Made by a program: the position numbers and the translations under genes. A stretch of DNA of 64,000 nucleotides from an uncultured delta proteobacterium (GTDB taxonomy: Bacteria; Desulfobacterota; Binatia; UBA9968), in assembly GCA_963745035.1 (NCBI GenBank), contig CAVUVW010000011.1:96001-160000 (forward strand), read 5' to 3'. The notes under the pieces are model-generated. The model worked only from the letters and a program-made list of their open reading frames with translations. It had not been told where the DNA came from and made no database searches. Shown here one piece after another: positions 22,888-33,972 of the stretch. Each line of letters opens with the position of its first letter. Positions within the stretch are counted from its first letter, which is position 1.

Positions 22888-23988
22888 ATGATGGCGGTTC
22901 GATTTCCCACCGTCGATGCCGATGGTCATCTCGAAGAGAATCACATCGACTGGAAGGAGCGCCTACCGGATATCTACAAGGACCGAGCACCGGAGCGCCG
23001 GCAGAGCGGCAATGGTCAACTGCGGACGATTATCGAAGGCAAGCCTTGGCCGCGTCCCGACGGCTTGGGCATCGGCGTGGGCGGCCCGTACAGTCGTCCT
23101 CATCCGCGCCGCCCGGGGATGACCGATCCCAAAGCGCGGCTCGTCGATATGGACAGCGAGGGCATTGACGTGGCCGTGCTGTTCGGCGCCGGACTGGCGG
23201 GAACCCTGCCGGCGTTGGAAGACGGCGGTCTTGCCGCCGCGCTCGCGACCGCGCGCAATAGTTGGCTCGCGGAATACTGCGCGGCGGATCCAGAACGCAT
23301 CAAAGGCACGGCGGCGCTGGCGCAGCAGGATATTTCGGCGAGCGTCAAAGAATTGGAGCGCACCGTAAACGAGCTCGGCTTCGTCGGCGCTTCGCTCTTT
23401 CCCAACGTCAAAGGCCGCCATCTCGGCGATGCCTACTATTTTCCGCTCTACGAAGCCGCCGAACGCCTCGACGTGCCGATCTGCGTGCACATGTTCCTGG
23501 GACGTTACGGCTCGGACGCCGTCGGCACCGACCGGGTCGAAAAATTTTTTTACTCGCATCTGTTCGGCCATCCGTTCGAGCAGATGATCGCGCTGTCGGT
23601 CATCATCGGCGAAGGCGTGCTCGACCGTTTCCCCAAGCTGCGCTTTGTTTTTCTCGAGTCGGGCTGCGGCTGGCTACCCTACTGGTTTGAAAGAATGGAC
23701 GAGCACTACGAGGTGCTCGGCGTGCAGCTACCCGCGCTCAAGATCGAGCCGAGCAGGCTCTTGGAGCGCGGCCAGCTCTACTTCTCCTGCGAAGCGGACG
23801 AAAAGGAGCTCGCGCACGTCGTCGACGTGATCGGCGCCGATTGGATTGTCTTCGCGTCGGACTACAGCCATTTCGACAGTCGCTGGCCCGGCGCCTCCGA
23901 GCCGATCGCAAATCACGCAACGCTCAGCGACGCGGTGAAGCGGAAGATTCTCAACGACAATGCGCGCCGGCTCTATCCCCTGGACTAA
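22888..23988 (+). CDS. amidohydrolase family 2 protein
   Basis: DADGH, LESGCGW, ASDYSHFD. Confidence 0.9.
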   Translation: MMAVRFPTVDADGHLEENHIDWKERLPDIYKDRAPERRQSGNGQLRTIIEGKPWPRPDGLGIGVGGPYSRPHPRRPGMTDPKARLVDMDSEGIDVAVLFGAGLAGTLPALEDGGLAAALATARNSWLAEYCAADPERIKGTAALAQQDISASVKELERTVNELGFVGASLFPNVKGRHLGDAYYFPLYEAAERLDVPICVHMFLGRYGSDAVGTDRVEKFFYSHLFGHPFEQMIALSVIIGEGVLDRFPKLRFVFLESGCGWLPYWFERMDEHYEVLGVQLPALKIEPSRLLERGQLYFSCEADEKELAHVVDVIGADWIVFASDYSHFDSRWPGASEPIANHATLSDAVKRKILNDNARRLYPLD

Positions 23989-23992
23989 CGCA

Positions 23993-24926
23993 ATGAAAAA
24001 AACAGAATCACTCCTAGCGATCCTCTTCGTGCTGTTTACCCTCTCGCCGGCTCATGGCGAGGACATCAAGATCGGCCTGCCGTCGGTGACCATCACCGCC
24101 ATGCCGTTTTTCGTCGCCAAGGAACACGGCTTCTTCAAGCAGGAAGGCCTCAACGGGGAAATGGTGGTGATGCCGGCGGCGCTGAACATTCGCGTCCTCC
24201 TGGCCGGCGATATCCAGTATGCGGCGACCATCGGTTCCGCCGTTGCCGCGGCGATTCGCGGCATCAACGTGCGCACGGTGATGCTCTTCGTCGATCGCCC
24301 GCTGCAGGATCTCGTTGGCGGAGCCGGCATCAAATCGATACCGGACCTCAGGGGAAAAGTCGTGGCGCTCTCGTCGCGCGGCGGTCTGCAGGACATCATC
24401 ATGCGGCGCATGCTCGCAAAGGCCAAGATCGATTCCACCCAGATCACCATGGTAACCATCGCTGGCCAGACCGCCCTGATCGCGGCCGTGAAAACCGGAC
24501 GGGTCGCCGCGGCGCTGCTCAATCCGCCTTATAATTTCCTCGCCTACCGCGAAGGGCTGAACAACTTGGGATTCTCCGGAGACTTCGTGCGCCTGCCGAG
24601 CACGGGCATCGCGACTCTTGGGTGAAACTCTCGAGCGCAATCCCGATCAAGTGCGGCGCCTGACACGCGCGATAGCGCGCGCCCGCGCTTTTGCCAGAGA
24701 CAACAAGGCCAAGGTGATGCCGACCCTCAAGCGCGCGCTGCGCATCGAAGACGAAGAGCTGCTATCGAAGATCTATGACCAGCACAAACTGGTCGAAACC
24801 GCCGACGGCCGCGTCGATGACGGCCTGATCGCCGACACCATCCGCGACGCGCGCCAGACCGACAAGATCGAGAAAGAAATTCCCGCCAATCAGGTCTTTG
24901 ATTTCTCGTATTTGCCGGCGCGCTGA
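23993..24926 (+). CDS. NMT1/THI5 ABC substrate-binding protein (frameshifted ~24620)
   Basis: AKEHGFFKQEGL; C-terminus in ORF 24618-24926. Confidence 0.85.
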
Positions 24927-25026
24927 CGCCGATGGTGTGATCTCTGCCGCGGTGAATCAAAGGATCATCACCACGGAGTGATTCATGAGTTTCGCTCGCC
25001 CACAGATACTGAGAAAGCATCGGGAA

Positions 25027-25097
25027 AGATTTCTCGCATCCGCTCGAAATGACAATTAGGCGGACGCATCTGTCATTTCGAATGAAGTGAGAAATCT
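25027..25097. repeat. REP-like palindromic intergenic repeat
   Basis: AGATTTCTC...GAAATGACA...TGTCATTTCGAA...GAGAAATCT, same family as 2597-2666. Confidence 0.7.
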
Positions 25098-25244
25098 TTC
25101 TCTACCTGTTATTTTCAAAGGAGCAAAACGAAGGCCACGAAAGGTAAGGATATCGTGGGTTCCGTTGATCTAAGCGGGCTTCGATCGATGCGCAAGCGCA
25201 CCTTATGAGAAACTTTGCGCCCTTGGCGTTCTCTGCGGTTTCCT

Positions 25245-26285
25245 CTACTTGAACTGTGGCATGACTTTTTCGGCGAAGAGCCGGATATTCTTAAGCGCCA
25301 TCTCCTGCGGCATGCCGCCGAAGTGAAACGTGCCGGAGATCGTGGTGAGCCCGTTCGGTTCGCTCCACTTGCGGATCGTGTCGGCCACCCGCTGCGGATC
25401 TCCTGCCAAGACAAACCCTTCCCTGATCTGCGTCTCGGCGGCGCGCTGGACGAGCAGTCCTATTTCTTTGCGATCGGTATCCGCCGCGGTGTGAACTTCG
25501 AGATAGTTGTCCAAATAGGGCGCGGCTTCTTCCACGGCTTTGTCCAAACTGCTCGACACGTAGATATGAAACTTGCCCAAAATATCCGTTTTGCCGGCAT
25601 CATGCCCGGCCTTGGCTAGATTCTCGCGGTAGATTTTTATGAACGCGGGCAAGGCTCCCGGATCGCGATAGAGGTACGGCAAGGTCATCAGATGAAAGCC
25701 GTTTTCTCCCGCCCAGCGAAACGAATCCTCGGTGCGCGCACAACCGACCCAGAAACGCGGATGGGGCCGCTGTACCGGCTTGGGATAGACCGGCACGTTC
25801 TCGTAATTGTAAAACTCGCCTTTGAAATTGACCGGCTTGTCCGACCATGCCTGCAGCATGACTTCGACGCCTTCGTACATGCGCCCGGTCGCTTCCTTTT
25901 GATCGACGCGAAACTTTTTGTACTCGTGCGCCTCGCTGCCCTTGCCGACGCCGAAATCCAATCGCCCGTTGGAAATCACATCGACCATCGCATAGGACTC
26001 GGCGATGTCGATGGGATTATGCAGCGGTAAAACATTGATAGCGACGCCGAGGCGAATTTTTTTGGTCGTCCGCGCGATCGCCGACATGAAAGTCGGCGGA
26101 TGCGGCAAATCGCCGCCGTAGTGCGCGAAATGATGCTCGGTGACCCAGATATGGTCGTAATCGAGCCGGTCCATTTCCTCCATCTGCCCGAACATCTTTT
26201 GATAGAACTCCGACACCGACCCGTCGAGGTCGGGAACGTAGGTTGGTAAATAGTGCGCGCCAAACTTCATCGTTTTCCTAGCCAT
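25245..26285 (-). CDS. LLM-class flavin-dependent oxidoreductase
   Basis: WVTEHHF, GRLDFGVGKG, PKPVQRPHP. Confidence 0.9.
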   Translation of the reverse strand: MARKTMKFGAHYLPTYVPDLDGSVSEFYQKMFGQMEEMDRLDYDHIWVTEHHFAHYGGDLPHPPTFMSAIARTTKKIRLGVAINVLPLHNPIDIAESYAMVDVISNGRLDFGVGKGSEAHEYKKFRVDQKEATGRMYEGVEVMLQAWSDKPVNFKGEFYNYENVPVYPKPVQRPHPRFWVGCARTEDSFRWAGENGFHLMTLPYLYRDPGALPAFIKIYRENLAKAGHDAGKTDILGKFHIYVSSSLDKAVEEAAPYLDNYLEVHTAADTDRKEIGLLVQRAAETQIREGFVLAGDPQRVADTIRKWSEPNGLTTISGTFHFGGMPQEMALKNIRLFAEKVMPQFK

Positions 26286-26397
26286 CCGGAATCACAACCT
26301 CCAAAAATTTCATCCCACTAGATATAGGGTGGCGCTCCGCGGGAGTCAACGCTGGGCCGGCGACCGGTTCTACTTAATCTGCCCGAATCGCCAGGGT

Positions 26398-27738
26398 CTA
26401 ACCGCCCATTGCTACCGGCGGAGAAAATACCGTGGGTCCTGTGACCTCGGACTCGAGGGCACGAAGCGCGGTCTGAATAATCTCCCGGCGCAAACGCGCA
26501 TCGAGCTCTTTCGACAGGTTCGGGTCGCCGCACGGGTGTGGAATACTCACGCCTTTCACGATCCGGTTCGCGCGCACCTGTTGCGCCACTGCAAACATCG
26601 CGCTCACGAGCGCCACCGGCAGGCCGGCCTTTTCAAGTTCCTTGCTGATCACAGCGCCGCTGCGACTGCAGGTTCCTCACGTGGCGACGAAAAGAACTCC
26701 TTCCACATTGTCTTTCTTCAAGTCCGCGGCGATTTCCTGACCCATGCGCCGCATGACGGCGGGCGAGCCCTGATTCCCCGGAATAACGTAGTAGGCGGGG
26801 TAGAGCTTCCCGGCGCCGATGGCGCCTTCCGTTTCTAGCGCCCGCAGAGCGTCGAGCGGCACACCGTAGTGCGGATTCTGATTCATGTAGGCAACGTTGT
26901 AGCCGCCGTGCACCGCTTCCCACTTCCCCGGCTCGAGTTCTTTGAGCTCGGCGATGTTGTATTTGCGCCAGTACGTGTTGCGGTACGTCTTGAACTTGTC
27001 CGGGTTGCCGTACGGCACGACGCCGCTGGTCGTCACCACGGCAAGATTGCGACTTTTCGCATGGTCGAGCGGCGGGGCCGGCGCGGCATCGTCCCAAACT
27101 TCCAGCGGCAGCTCGCTCGCGAACGGTTCACCGTGGATTTTCCGGAGCAACATCTCGACGGCGCGCGTCGCGCCGCGGGACTCGGCTTTCTCAATGCGCC
27201 GAATGCCGCGGCCAATGTAGCCTTCTTGTGCTGCGGAACCGATCTCCTCTCCCTGGGCAAGGCGAATCGTGAGGTGAGCCAAGCGGGTCATGGCTTCGCT
27301 CATGCCCGCAGTGGTTTCCGCCGTCGGCAAGCAGTACATCCGCGCATTGGCGAACTCGCGATAAGCGTCCACGCCGGGATTTTCGATGTGCATCGCGGTC
27401 ACGCACGGTATCGCTAGTTCGTTGGCAATTGCATTGCCCGCCTCGACGCAAATCACACCGTAGCGTCCGGAATTGAAAGCGGGCCCGGCAACAACAACTT
27501 GCGGCTCAGCGGCCCGCACGGCATTCAAGATGGCCGTGATCGCCTCATCCTTGTGCTCGTGGAAGTAATTGTCGCCGACATAGATCGTGCGCACGACCTC
27601 CGCCTGTCCGCCGAGTTTCGCCTCCAAAGCCCGCGCCGCGCCGGCGCTGCCCTCGATAATGCCGACGGGCATACCGGCTTTTTCCTCGCCGCCGAGGCCG
27701 GCAAAAAATTGATTGACGACGTGAACGATGTTGATCAT
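26398..27738 (-). CDS. grdB: glycine/betaine/sarcosine reductase family selenoprotein B (Sec-UGA at 26677-26679)
   Basis: VNQFFAGLGGEEKA, GPAFNSGRYG. In-frame TGA in VAT-U-GTC (UxxC) continues to IPHPCGDP. Confidence 0.9.
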
Positions 27739-27844
27739 GAGTCTAACTCCTTGAGAGTTCAAAACGTTCAAGCCGTTCAATCGCTTCGCTCTGTTCAACC
27801 GGTGGGGGATCGAACGGTTTGAACAATCTGAACGTTTTGAACGG

Positions 27845-29170
27845 CTACGAAATTAATGCTCCGTCGCATCTAAAATTTCCGCCGCCCCAAATATCTGCCC
27901 CGCCGATCATCACGTCGCGCGCTTCCAGCGCTAGTGCGCCGAGCGCAGGCACGGGAGCGGCGCCGGGAAAGGGAAAGATCTTGATCTGTTCGTAGGGCCC
28001 GATCACTCGGTCCATGGCCGGCAACTCGACGGTGCGATCGAGCGCTCCTGTGCTAACGATCGCATCAGCTTCTGGAAGATAGAACAACACCGGACTGTCC
28101 TTCCCTTCCTTGCCGCCGTTCTCGTACGTAACGAGCGTCGTCTTGATCCCCGCTTGCTCGCAGGCGCGCACGGTCAACATCACATCGACAAAGGCGTTGC
28201 CGCCGCCGATCCATGTGACCAGCGCGCCCTCCGCGCCCATCGCCTTGGCCAGGCGCGCCGCATTCTGAGCGCCGACTTCCTTGCCGTGATTCGTTTCAAA
28301 GCGGATGCGCTGCAAGATGACTCCGCCGAAGTTCACGCTATTGCCGTGCGCCGCGTACAATTCCAGCGCCAGAGGATGGTTTTGCCAATCCCATGTCGTC
28401 GGGTAATAGCCGCGGCCCGAGCGCGTCGTATCGACGGTGACCGCGCCGTCAAGAAGCTCGTTCGGATGGATGAACGTAGACAGCGAATTCCGCAGCGATA
28501 AGCCATAGTACCCGACACCCGAGTGCACGTGCTGGGGGTCGGTAATGCATCCTTGAATCAGCATGACGTTGGGCAGGTCGGGATGCTTGTCCGTCAAATC
28601 ATAAATGGAAATTTTCGCGGGCGGCAATTCCGCGGTGACTTGCGCAAGACGCTGAGCAACTTTGAGCTCGGCGGACTGAATCGCGCCATGCGCATCGAGC
28701 TCGCCGAGGCCGGCAGCGATGCGAAAGCTTACGACCAGATGCACATGCGCGCTGAACCGTGAAATCTCCGCGCCGGGGCCGGACATGTCGAGGATCGCGC
28801 TTCGTTGCACCGTCGTGCCAGCCCGGATCGTGCCGTCATAATCGGCGGCTGCAATGACGGTCATGCCCGAGAGACGGTGCGTCCGCCCTTCGCCCACGGT
28901 CGCAACCTCGCCCAGAACACCGGGAAAAACCTGGCCGCTGCCGGAAACTTTGTATCTCGGCTCGACGATGTCCCTGATTCCGGTGATGCGCGTCTTCTCT
29001 CCCGGCGTTGCCACGGCAAGCGTTCACGTCGCTGATCCGCGCATCCTGCCGAAACCAGCGCGATCAACGCCGCTTCATCGACCTCGAAGCACTTCGCTCG
29101 TCGTACTTGAACCGATGCCCCAGCCGAATCTGTTTTACCGGAAATTCTGCGAGTTCGAGTCTCATCATCA
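27845..29170 (-). CDS. glycine/sarcosine/betaine reductase component B proprotein subunit, GrdE-like (N-terminus frameshifted)
   Basis: DIVEPRYKV, LDMSGPGA, HPNELLDGA, GGGNAFVD; N-terminal MRLELAEFPV read manually. Confidence 0.8.
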
Positions 29171-29179
29171 TTCGCGGGA

Positions 29180-29332
29180 GTTCAAAACGTTCAATACGTT
29201 CAAACCGTTCAAGCCCTCACCCCGGATCACGTCCGGGGCAGGCTCTCGTTCCTCCCCCGCGACGCGGGGGAGGATGCAAGGAGGGGGTTTGAACGGAGCG
29301 TAGCGGTTGAACGGTTGGAACGTTTTGAACGC
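29180..29332. repeat. TTGAACG/CGTTCAA short-repeat intergenic palindrome
   Basis: Repeated TTCAAA.CGTTCAA arms and their complements around a GC-rich hairpin; relatives at ~3817-3850, 11549-11585 and 27758-27845. Confidence 0.6.
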
Positions 29333-29337
29333 TTATA

Positions 29338-30411
29338 TTACGGCGCCCCCATGATTTTCCGAAAGTCCTGGATATAAGTTTGCAGATTTGTCCCCAGCTT
29401 GGGGCTCACGACAAAGTCCGGCTTGATCTGAAATTCTTTGAACTTGCTGCGCGCGCCTTTCATGGCGCTGCCTTTGCCCAGATTCGTCGCCAGAAAAGAC
29501 TGCGCCTCTTCGGAAAGCACCCATTCGGCGAACAGCAAAGCGGCATGCGGGTGCGGCGCGTTCTTCGCCACAAACAGCCCTTCGGGTTTGACGATCGCCG
29601 GAGCGAGGACTTTGAAGCCGAGCGGCGCGCCTTTTTCGCGGATGGCCGCCGAGGTCTCGCCGTTGATCGCGATGCCGATAGGATATTCGCCCGAAGTCAC
29701 GACTTGAGTCGTCAGCGTTCCGCCGCGCCGGTAACTTATGTCCTGCTTGGCGAGCCTGCTCAGATAAGCGACCGCTTTCTCTCGTCCCCAGGCGGCCTCC
29801 ATGGCCGCGAGAATATAACCCGCCTCCGGATCGAACAGCATCTTCCCCTTCCACGTGGGCTGAAGCAAATCGTCGTAACTTTTCGGTGCTTGCTCCGCCT
29901 TGACGGCATTGGCGTTGTAAATCAGCGCCGTGGTCAAATAGTACATGCTGTGCCAGGAGCCGGCCGGATCGTAGGTGCCGTCGAAAAAGCGGTTCGCTCC
30001 GGGAATCGCGTAAGGTTGCACAAGGTTGGCGTTGAGCAATTGATAGCCGTAGCTCAGATCGACCTGCACGATATCGAATGCATGCCTGCCGGCGCGCGCT
30101 TCGGTCAACGTCCGGCTGAGAATGCCGTCGCGCGGCGAGAAATAATGATGCAGAGCGATGGAACGATAGCGCTGATTGAAGACGCGCGCGAGCGGCAGGA
30201 ACTCGTCGATCGGCAAAGTGCCGTAATAAACCATTTCTCCTTCGGCTTGAGCGCCTTTGACGAGATAATTGATCCGCTCTTGTGGCTTGAGTGATTTGAT
30301 CTTATCTGCGACTTCGCCGATGGTCGCGGCGCCCGCCGGCAACGCCGACAGGACGCAACAACCGATGAGCAACATAAACCAGCTTGATCGAATTTTTCGA
30401 GCCCGAGACAT
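29338..30411 (-). CDS. extracellular solute-binding protein, Fe3+ type
   Basis: GAQAEGEMVYY, LQPTWKGK, APHPHAALLFAEWVLS. Confidence 0.9.
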   Translation of the reverse strand: MSRARKIRSSWFMLLIGCCVLSALPAGAATIGEVADKIKSLKPQERINYLVKGAQAEGEMVYYGTLPIDEFLPLARVFNQRYRSIALHHYFSPRDGILSRTLTEARAGRHAFDIVQVDLSYGYQLLNANLVQPYAIPGANRFFDGTYDPAGSWHSMYYLTTALIYNANAVKAEQAPKSYDDLLQPTWKGKMLFDPEAGYILAAMEAAWGREKAVAYLSRLAKQDISYRRGGTLTTQVVTSGEYPIGIAINGETSAAIREKGAPLGFKVLAPAIVKPEGLFVAKNAPHPHAALLFAEWVLSEEAQSFLATNLGKGSAMKGARSKFKEFQIKPDFVVSPKLGTNLQTYIQDFRKIMGAP

Positions 30412-30515
30412 GAAGCGATTCCTCTTTCCAGTGAGTTGCCAGATTTCCGTTTACAAAACATCCAAGCGAGCGTCAACTCGCAGGATTACGCAGCATGCGC
30501 GACGGCGGCCGCGCG

Positions 30516-31148
30516 TTACGAAGACACTGTCCGAGGTCCGATCGGTCCCTGATAAACCATATCGACGTCCATCTTTTGATAAGCGGCGACAAAACCGTTC
30601 TTGTATTCGTGGCCGCAGTAGTGCGCCGGCTTGAGTTTCTCCCACACAAGATAGCCGTTGGCGTCGACGCAGCCCTCGTCGACCGACGCCGCAACCACTT
30701 TCCCGACCACCATGACCCGGTGCAACCATTGCCTGGTCCATTCCACTTTGCACTCGAAATGGCTTTTGCATTCGGCGATGCGCGGCGGTTTGGCGACCCT
30801 TGACGGCAGCGCCGTCAGCCCCGCTTTTTCCAATTCGTTGACGCCCGGCGGAAACTCTAATCCGCACACCCGGACCTTTTCCAAAATTTCTTTCTCGAAC
30901 GGCGGTACGTTGACGACAAACTCGCCGGTCGACATGACATTGCTGCATGTGTCTTTTGTCGCACCAACGGTAAACGCGATAAACACCGGATCATGGCACA
31001 CGCGCACGCAGGTGCCGAAGGAGGCGGCATTGATTCGGCCTTGGCCGTCCACAGTGGTGATCATCACCAAACAAGCGCTCGGCGCAAACAGCCGATCCCA
31101 GTGTTCGCCCGGCACGTCGATCTTTCTAGCGAAGCTCGATTCGTTCAT
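30516..31148 (-). CDS. flavin reductase family protein
   Basis: TTVDGQGRINAA, GEFVVN, PPRIAEC, HFECKV. Confidence 0.85.
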   Translation of the reverse strand: MNESSFARKIDVPGEHWDRLFAPSACLVMITTVDGQGRINAASFGTCVRVCHDPVFIAFTVGATKDTCSNVMSTGEFVVNVPPFEKEILEKVRVCGLEFPPGVNELEKAGLTALPSRVAKPPRIAECKSHFECKVEWTRQWLHRVMVVGKVVAASVDEGCVDANGYLVWEKLKPAHYCGHEYKNGFVAAYQKMDVDMVYQGPIGPRTVSS

Positions 31149-31340
31149 TTCACCGCCTCCTTTAAATTCGATCAGGAACCGAAGTCTATTCGAGTGGCAT
31201 CGGCATCGTCAATGCGTCGCCCTGGAAGACGGCGTAATTTTCCGCGCAAACGTTCAATAAACCGCGTCTCGTTCATCATTTCAGATAATATTTGCAGCCC
31301 AAACGCCACGCTCGTAAAATATGCCTCTAACGAGCCTTGT

Positions 31341-32456
31341 ATGAAGCGCTGGCAAATTATGGTCATCGCGGCCGTCGTCGTTCTGGCGATGGCGGTGATC
31401 GTCGGGTATCGAATCGGCGTGCAAATGCTCCACGACAAAGTCGTTGCCGCGCTCGGGAGCGGCAGCCGCTTGACGGAGCTGAAGGTCAATTGGTTCACGA
31501 TCGAATTGCTCGGGCTCAGCATCGACGCTCCCAAAGGATGGCCGGCGGCGCGCACATTCGAAGCGGAGCGGGTGATCATAACTCCCGATCTTCGCACCCT
31601 GTTTACTAGAAAAAACCGGATCTTTTCCATCGTCGTCGAAAAGCCTTACATGTCGATCCTGCGCAATCCAGCCAAACTGGTGTTGGTTCCCAGTTTGACG
31701 GAACGGCAGGAACCGGCGCAATCGACAGAATCAAGCGCTCATGAGATAGAAATCTCAAGGATCGAGCTCAAGAACGGCAGCTTGGATTTCTATGACGCCA
31801 CGGTGAGCCGGCCACCTTATAAGACCAGAATTGAAGAAATCGATGCGCTGATCAAAGACGTCGCGACCCCCGCGGCCGACAAAACCCACTTCGAGCTGAC
31901 TGGAATTGTAAAAGGAGTGCGGCGCGATGGTCGAGGCAAGGTGCGCGGCTGGGTCGGGCCGGCGGCCAGGGACTCTTCGTCGCAGATCACCCTCGAAGCG
32001 GTTGACCTGGTGGCGCTCCAACCCTATCTCGTGAAGAAAAACGATGCCCGGGTCGCCAAAGGAACCCTCGACTTGGATCTCGCCTCCGAGGTTCGCAACG
32101 ACAATTTGAACGGCAAAGGCAAAATCGTTCTGCGCGACCTAGGGTTTGCGCCGTCGTCGACATTCTTCGACACCTTCATGGGCATGCCGCGCAACGCCGT
32201 GATCAATTTTCTCAAAGATCACAACAACGCCATCGACGTCGACTTTACGCTTACCGGCAACACAAAGAACCCCAACTTCTCGCTCAACGAGAGTCTGTCC
32301 ACGCGCATCGCCACGGCGATGGCCGGACAACTCGGCGTCGGCATCACCAACGTCGCCGAAGGGCTCGGCAACATGGGCCGTAAAGGCTTGGAAGGAGCGA
32401 GCAGCGTCGTCGAAGGGGTCGGCGCGGCGGCCAAGCGCCTGTTTGGCGGCCAATGA
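31341..32456 (+). CDS. DUF748/AsmA-like membrane-anchored protein
   Basis: N-terminal TM helix, beta-rich body, IDVDFTLTG..NPNFS. Confidence 0.75.
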   Translation: MKRWQIMVIAAVVVLAMAVIVGYRIGVQMLHDKVVAALGSGSRLTELKVNWFTIELLGLSIDAPKGWPAARTFEAERVIITPDLRTLFTRKNRIFSIVVEKPYMSILRNPAKLVLVPSLTERQEPAQSTESSAHEIEISRIELKNGSLDFYDATVSRPPYKTRIEEIDALIKDVATPAADKTHFELTGIVKGVRRDGRGKVRGWVGPAARDSSSQITLEAVDLVALQPYLVKKNDARVAKGTLDLDLASEVRNDNLNGKGKIVLRDLGFAPSSTFFDTFMGMPRNAVINFLKDHNNAIDVDFTLTGNTKNPNFSLNESLSTRIATAMAGQLGVGITNVAEGLGNMGRKGLEGASSVVEGVGAAAKRLFGGQ

Positions 32457-32558
32457 AAATCCGGTGGTGCCATCAAAGCGCACGCGCGGGTCAAGTTGAA
32501 CCATACGAATACGGCGGATAGTCAACCTCTTTCACGGCTGCGGCGCCGCGCACATTGA

Positions 32559-32624
32559 GATTGAACTGAATTCTCCTACTACTCAGTCCTGTGGAATTTG
32601 ACTGTAGCGTCGTTCAGTTCAAAG
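32559..32624 (+). repeat. composite site R1 (full A+B, diverged)
   Basis: GATTGAACTGA ATTCTCCT ACTACTCAGTC ... ACTGT AGCGTCGT TCAGTTCAAAG. Confidence 0.9.
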
Positions 32625-32877
32625 CAACGAAATAATTTATTGCGAGGCCTCGCGCAATGGAGTGCTAGTAGGCCACTTGATTCGGAATCAAGTTCGTTCT
32701 GCGCTCAGGCGCGTCTGCGGGTCGTGGTGTCACAGCTCTAACGGGCTTTCGCCAGATTTCTTCGAGTCGCCCCTGGCAATGGTAGAGTCGGGGTTTGACA
32801 ACTTCCTGCTATCTAACCGATAGTGACTTAACTCGCCTCGATGCTGCACGGTAGACGGCACCTCGGGAAGCAACAAA

Positions 32878-33567
32878 TTGACTAACGATGACGTCGAAAT
32901 GGTATTTCGACTGGTCGCTGCCCTTATTGCGGGAGCCTGCATCGGCTACGAGCGTTCGTATCACGGCAGACCCGCCGGTTTTCGTACACATGCGCTGGTC
33001 TGCACAGCATCCAGTCTTCTGATGCTGGTCACCGTCTATGAGGCGCACTGGGTGCGCGCAACCGCCGACCTCGTGAGACTCGACCCGACAAGGATGGCTC
33101 AAGGAATCATGACCGGAATCGGTTTTCTCGGCGCGGGCGTGATTATGAAGGATGGGCTTTCCGTCCGAGGACTCACTACGGCGGCGTCAATCTGGATTAC
33201 GGCGGCAATCGGCATTCTGGCTGGGATTGGCTTCTATTTTCCCCTGGTTGTTTCCGTCATACTCACTATCGGTATGCTGTCCGTCCTCCGCCTAGTCGAA
33301 GCTCGTATGCCTATGCAGGCGTATTATCACGTCGATATTCGTTTCACGCCGAATTCCGAGATGGGGGAAGGCACGTTGCGGGCGCTGATCGAAAGTTACG
33401 GGTTCAGTATTGCCAATTTCAGCTACCGCCTCGATGGCGAAGGCCGCGTGCGTCGTCACACCATGGTGCTGCGCAGTACCGATCGCTCCAGCGCATCGCG
33501 CCTTTCCGAGAGACTCGAGGCCACAGAGGCGGTACAGGAGTTTCGCATCGCACCCACTGGTGATTAA
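32878..33567 (+). CDS. MgtC/SapB family protein
   Basis: IGYER...PAGFRTH, DPTRMAQGIMTGIGFLGAG, GLTTAASIW. Confidence 0.92.
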   Translation: MTNDDVEMVFRLVAALIAGACIGYERSYHGRPAGFRTHALVCTASSLLMLVTVYEAHWVRATADLVRLDPTRMAQGIMTGIGFLGAGVIMKDGLSVRGLTTAASIWITAAIGILAGIGFYFPLVVSVILTIGMLSVLRLVEARMPMQAYYHVDIRFTPNSEMGEGTLRALIESYGFSIANFSYRLDGEGRVRRHTMVLRSTDRSSASRLSERLEATEAVQEFRIAPTGD

Positions 33568-33696
33568 GCCAAGCTATCACAGTGAAATCCTTCTGGAGCG
33601 CTCTTCGCGACTACTCAGTCACTCTGAAAAACTCCATCTCGATTAATGGGATACGGGCAGTGGAACCCAAATCGCCCACTTAACCCCGCCACCCGC

Positions 33697-33870
33697 TGTG
33701 CTAGTTTTGTGCTAGTTCAATCCGCAAACACAAGGAAGCACGAGCAGAGAAAAGCGGAGGCGCTCGTTTCCTGTTGGTTTCTGTGGATGTTTGTCGGTGA
33801 GCACCGACCACCACGAGACTCGAAATCAAGTTTACCCGGAAATGCTAATGACGGTCGAAATCCTTCCGCG
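33697..33870 (+). other. att-like remnant: TGTGCTAGTT direct repeat plus degenerate tRNA-Ser(CGA) 3' half
   Basis: TGTGCTAGTT x2 (33697-33717); GACTCGAAATCAAG anticodon loop at 33817-33830. Confidence 0.5.
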
Positions 33871-33884
33871 CTCGGGTGGGCTCT

Positions 33885-33914
33885 AATTGAATTAAATTCT
33901 CCACCAGTATTAGC
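33885..33914 (+). repeat. R2: core A half-site upstream of the recombinase
   Basis: AATTGAATTAA ATTCTCCA CCAGTATTAGC. Confidence 0.75.
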
Positions 33915-33972
33915 CGGGCGCTGAAACTGTCGTATCCTCCTCTCTCTAAAAACAAGGGAGAGGAGAAAAGTC

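Noticed and set aside
33714-33723. AGTTCAATCC match to the repeat's right arm
   Set aside because: Only 10 bp, with no spacer B; may be chance.
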